A stretch of DNA of 62,236 nt, the filler included, from Choristocarpus tenellus KU-1152 (Eukaryota > Protista > Phaeophyceae): the NCBI GenBank assembly GCA_964200185.2. It is 9 parts of 9 records of this genome, joined end to end, with 100 filler letters (N's around TTAATTAATTAA, not from the genome) between each part and the next. Parts side by side here need not be neighbours in the genome. Positions count along the whole stretch, not along the records: positions 56,727 to 62,236 come from CAXNAD020010568.1; 8 more parts are not named here. One strand, 5' to 3'. Made by a program: the position numbers and the translations under genes. The notes below the pieces were generated by a model, which did not search any database, was not told where the DNA came from, and was given only the letters and a program-made list of their open reading frames with translations. The stretch's first letter is position 1. Each line of letters starts with the position of its first letter. Below are positions 62,226-62,236 of the stretch, piece by piece.

Positions 62226-62236
62226 AGGCCACCCTC

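Overview
This is eukaryotic, intron-rich nuclear DNA. It is most consistent with a photosynthetic, flagellate-stage stramenopile such as a brown alga or close relative; that is an inference from the fibrillin, the TEX9/TPR-IQ genes, the RTF2 N-terminus and the TTAGGG repeats. The window is not contiguous: nine contigs are joined by eight artificial 100-bp linkers (N44-TTAATTAATTAA-N44), so adjacency across a linker is not biological. Spliced genes reconstructed by hand with consistent intron phases: a Gln/Gly/Pro-rich low-complexity protein (partial), a PAP/fibrillin protein (3' part), an unidentified two-exon gene tail, a complete 9-exon TEX9, the start of RTF2 (head-to-head with TEX9), a large TPR + IQ-motif protein, a DIEG/NPL-repeat protein and RPL18a (head-to-head with it). 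Mobile DNA includes about 20 whole or partial MITE copies in four families sharing a terminal motif (4-bp TSDs, Sola-like), plus Copia, hAT, non-LTR and Tc1/IS630-like remnants. No clear new multi-gene system was found. The most unusual signal is the use of repeats at TEX9 splice sites. The last acceptor is built from telomeric CCCTAA repeats that supply CTAAC branch-point motifs. Another exon is preceded by a ~400-nt AG-free CTGAT satellite and appears to use an AAG acceptor. Telomeric repeats also seed minisatellites and replace MITE ends.
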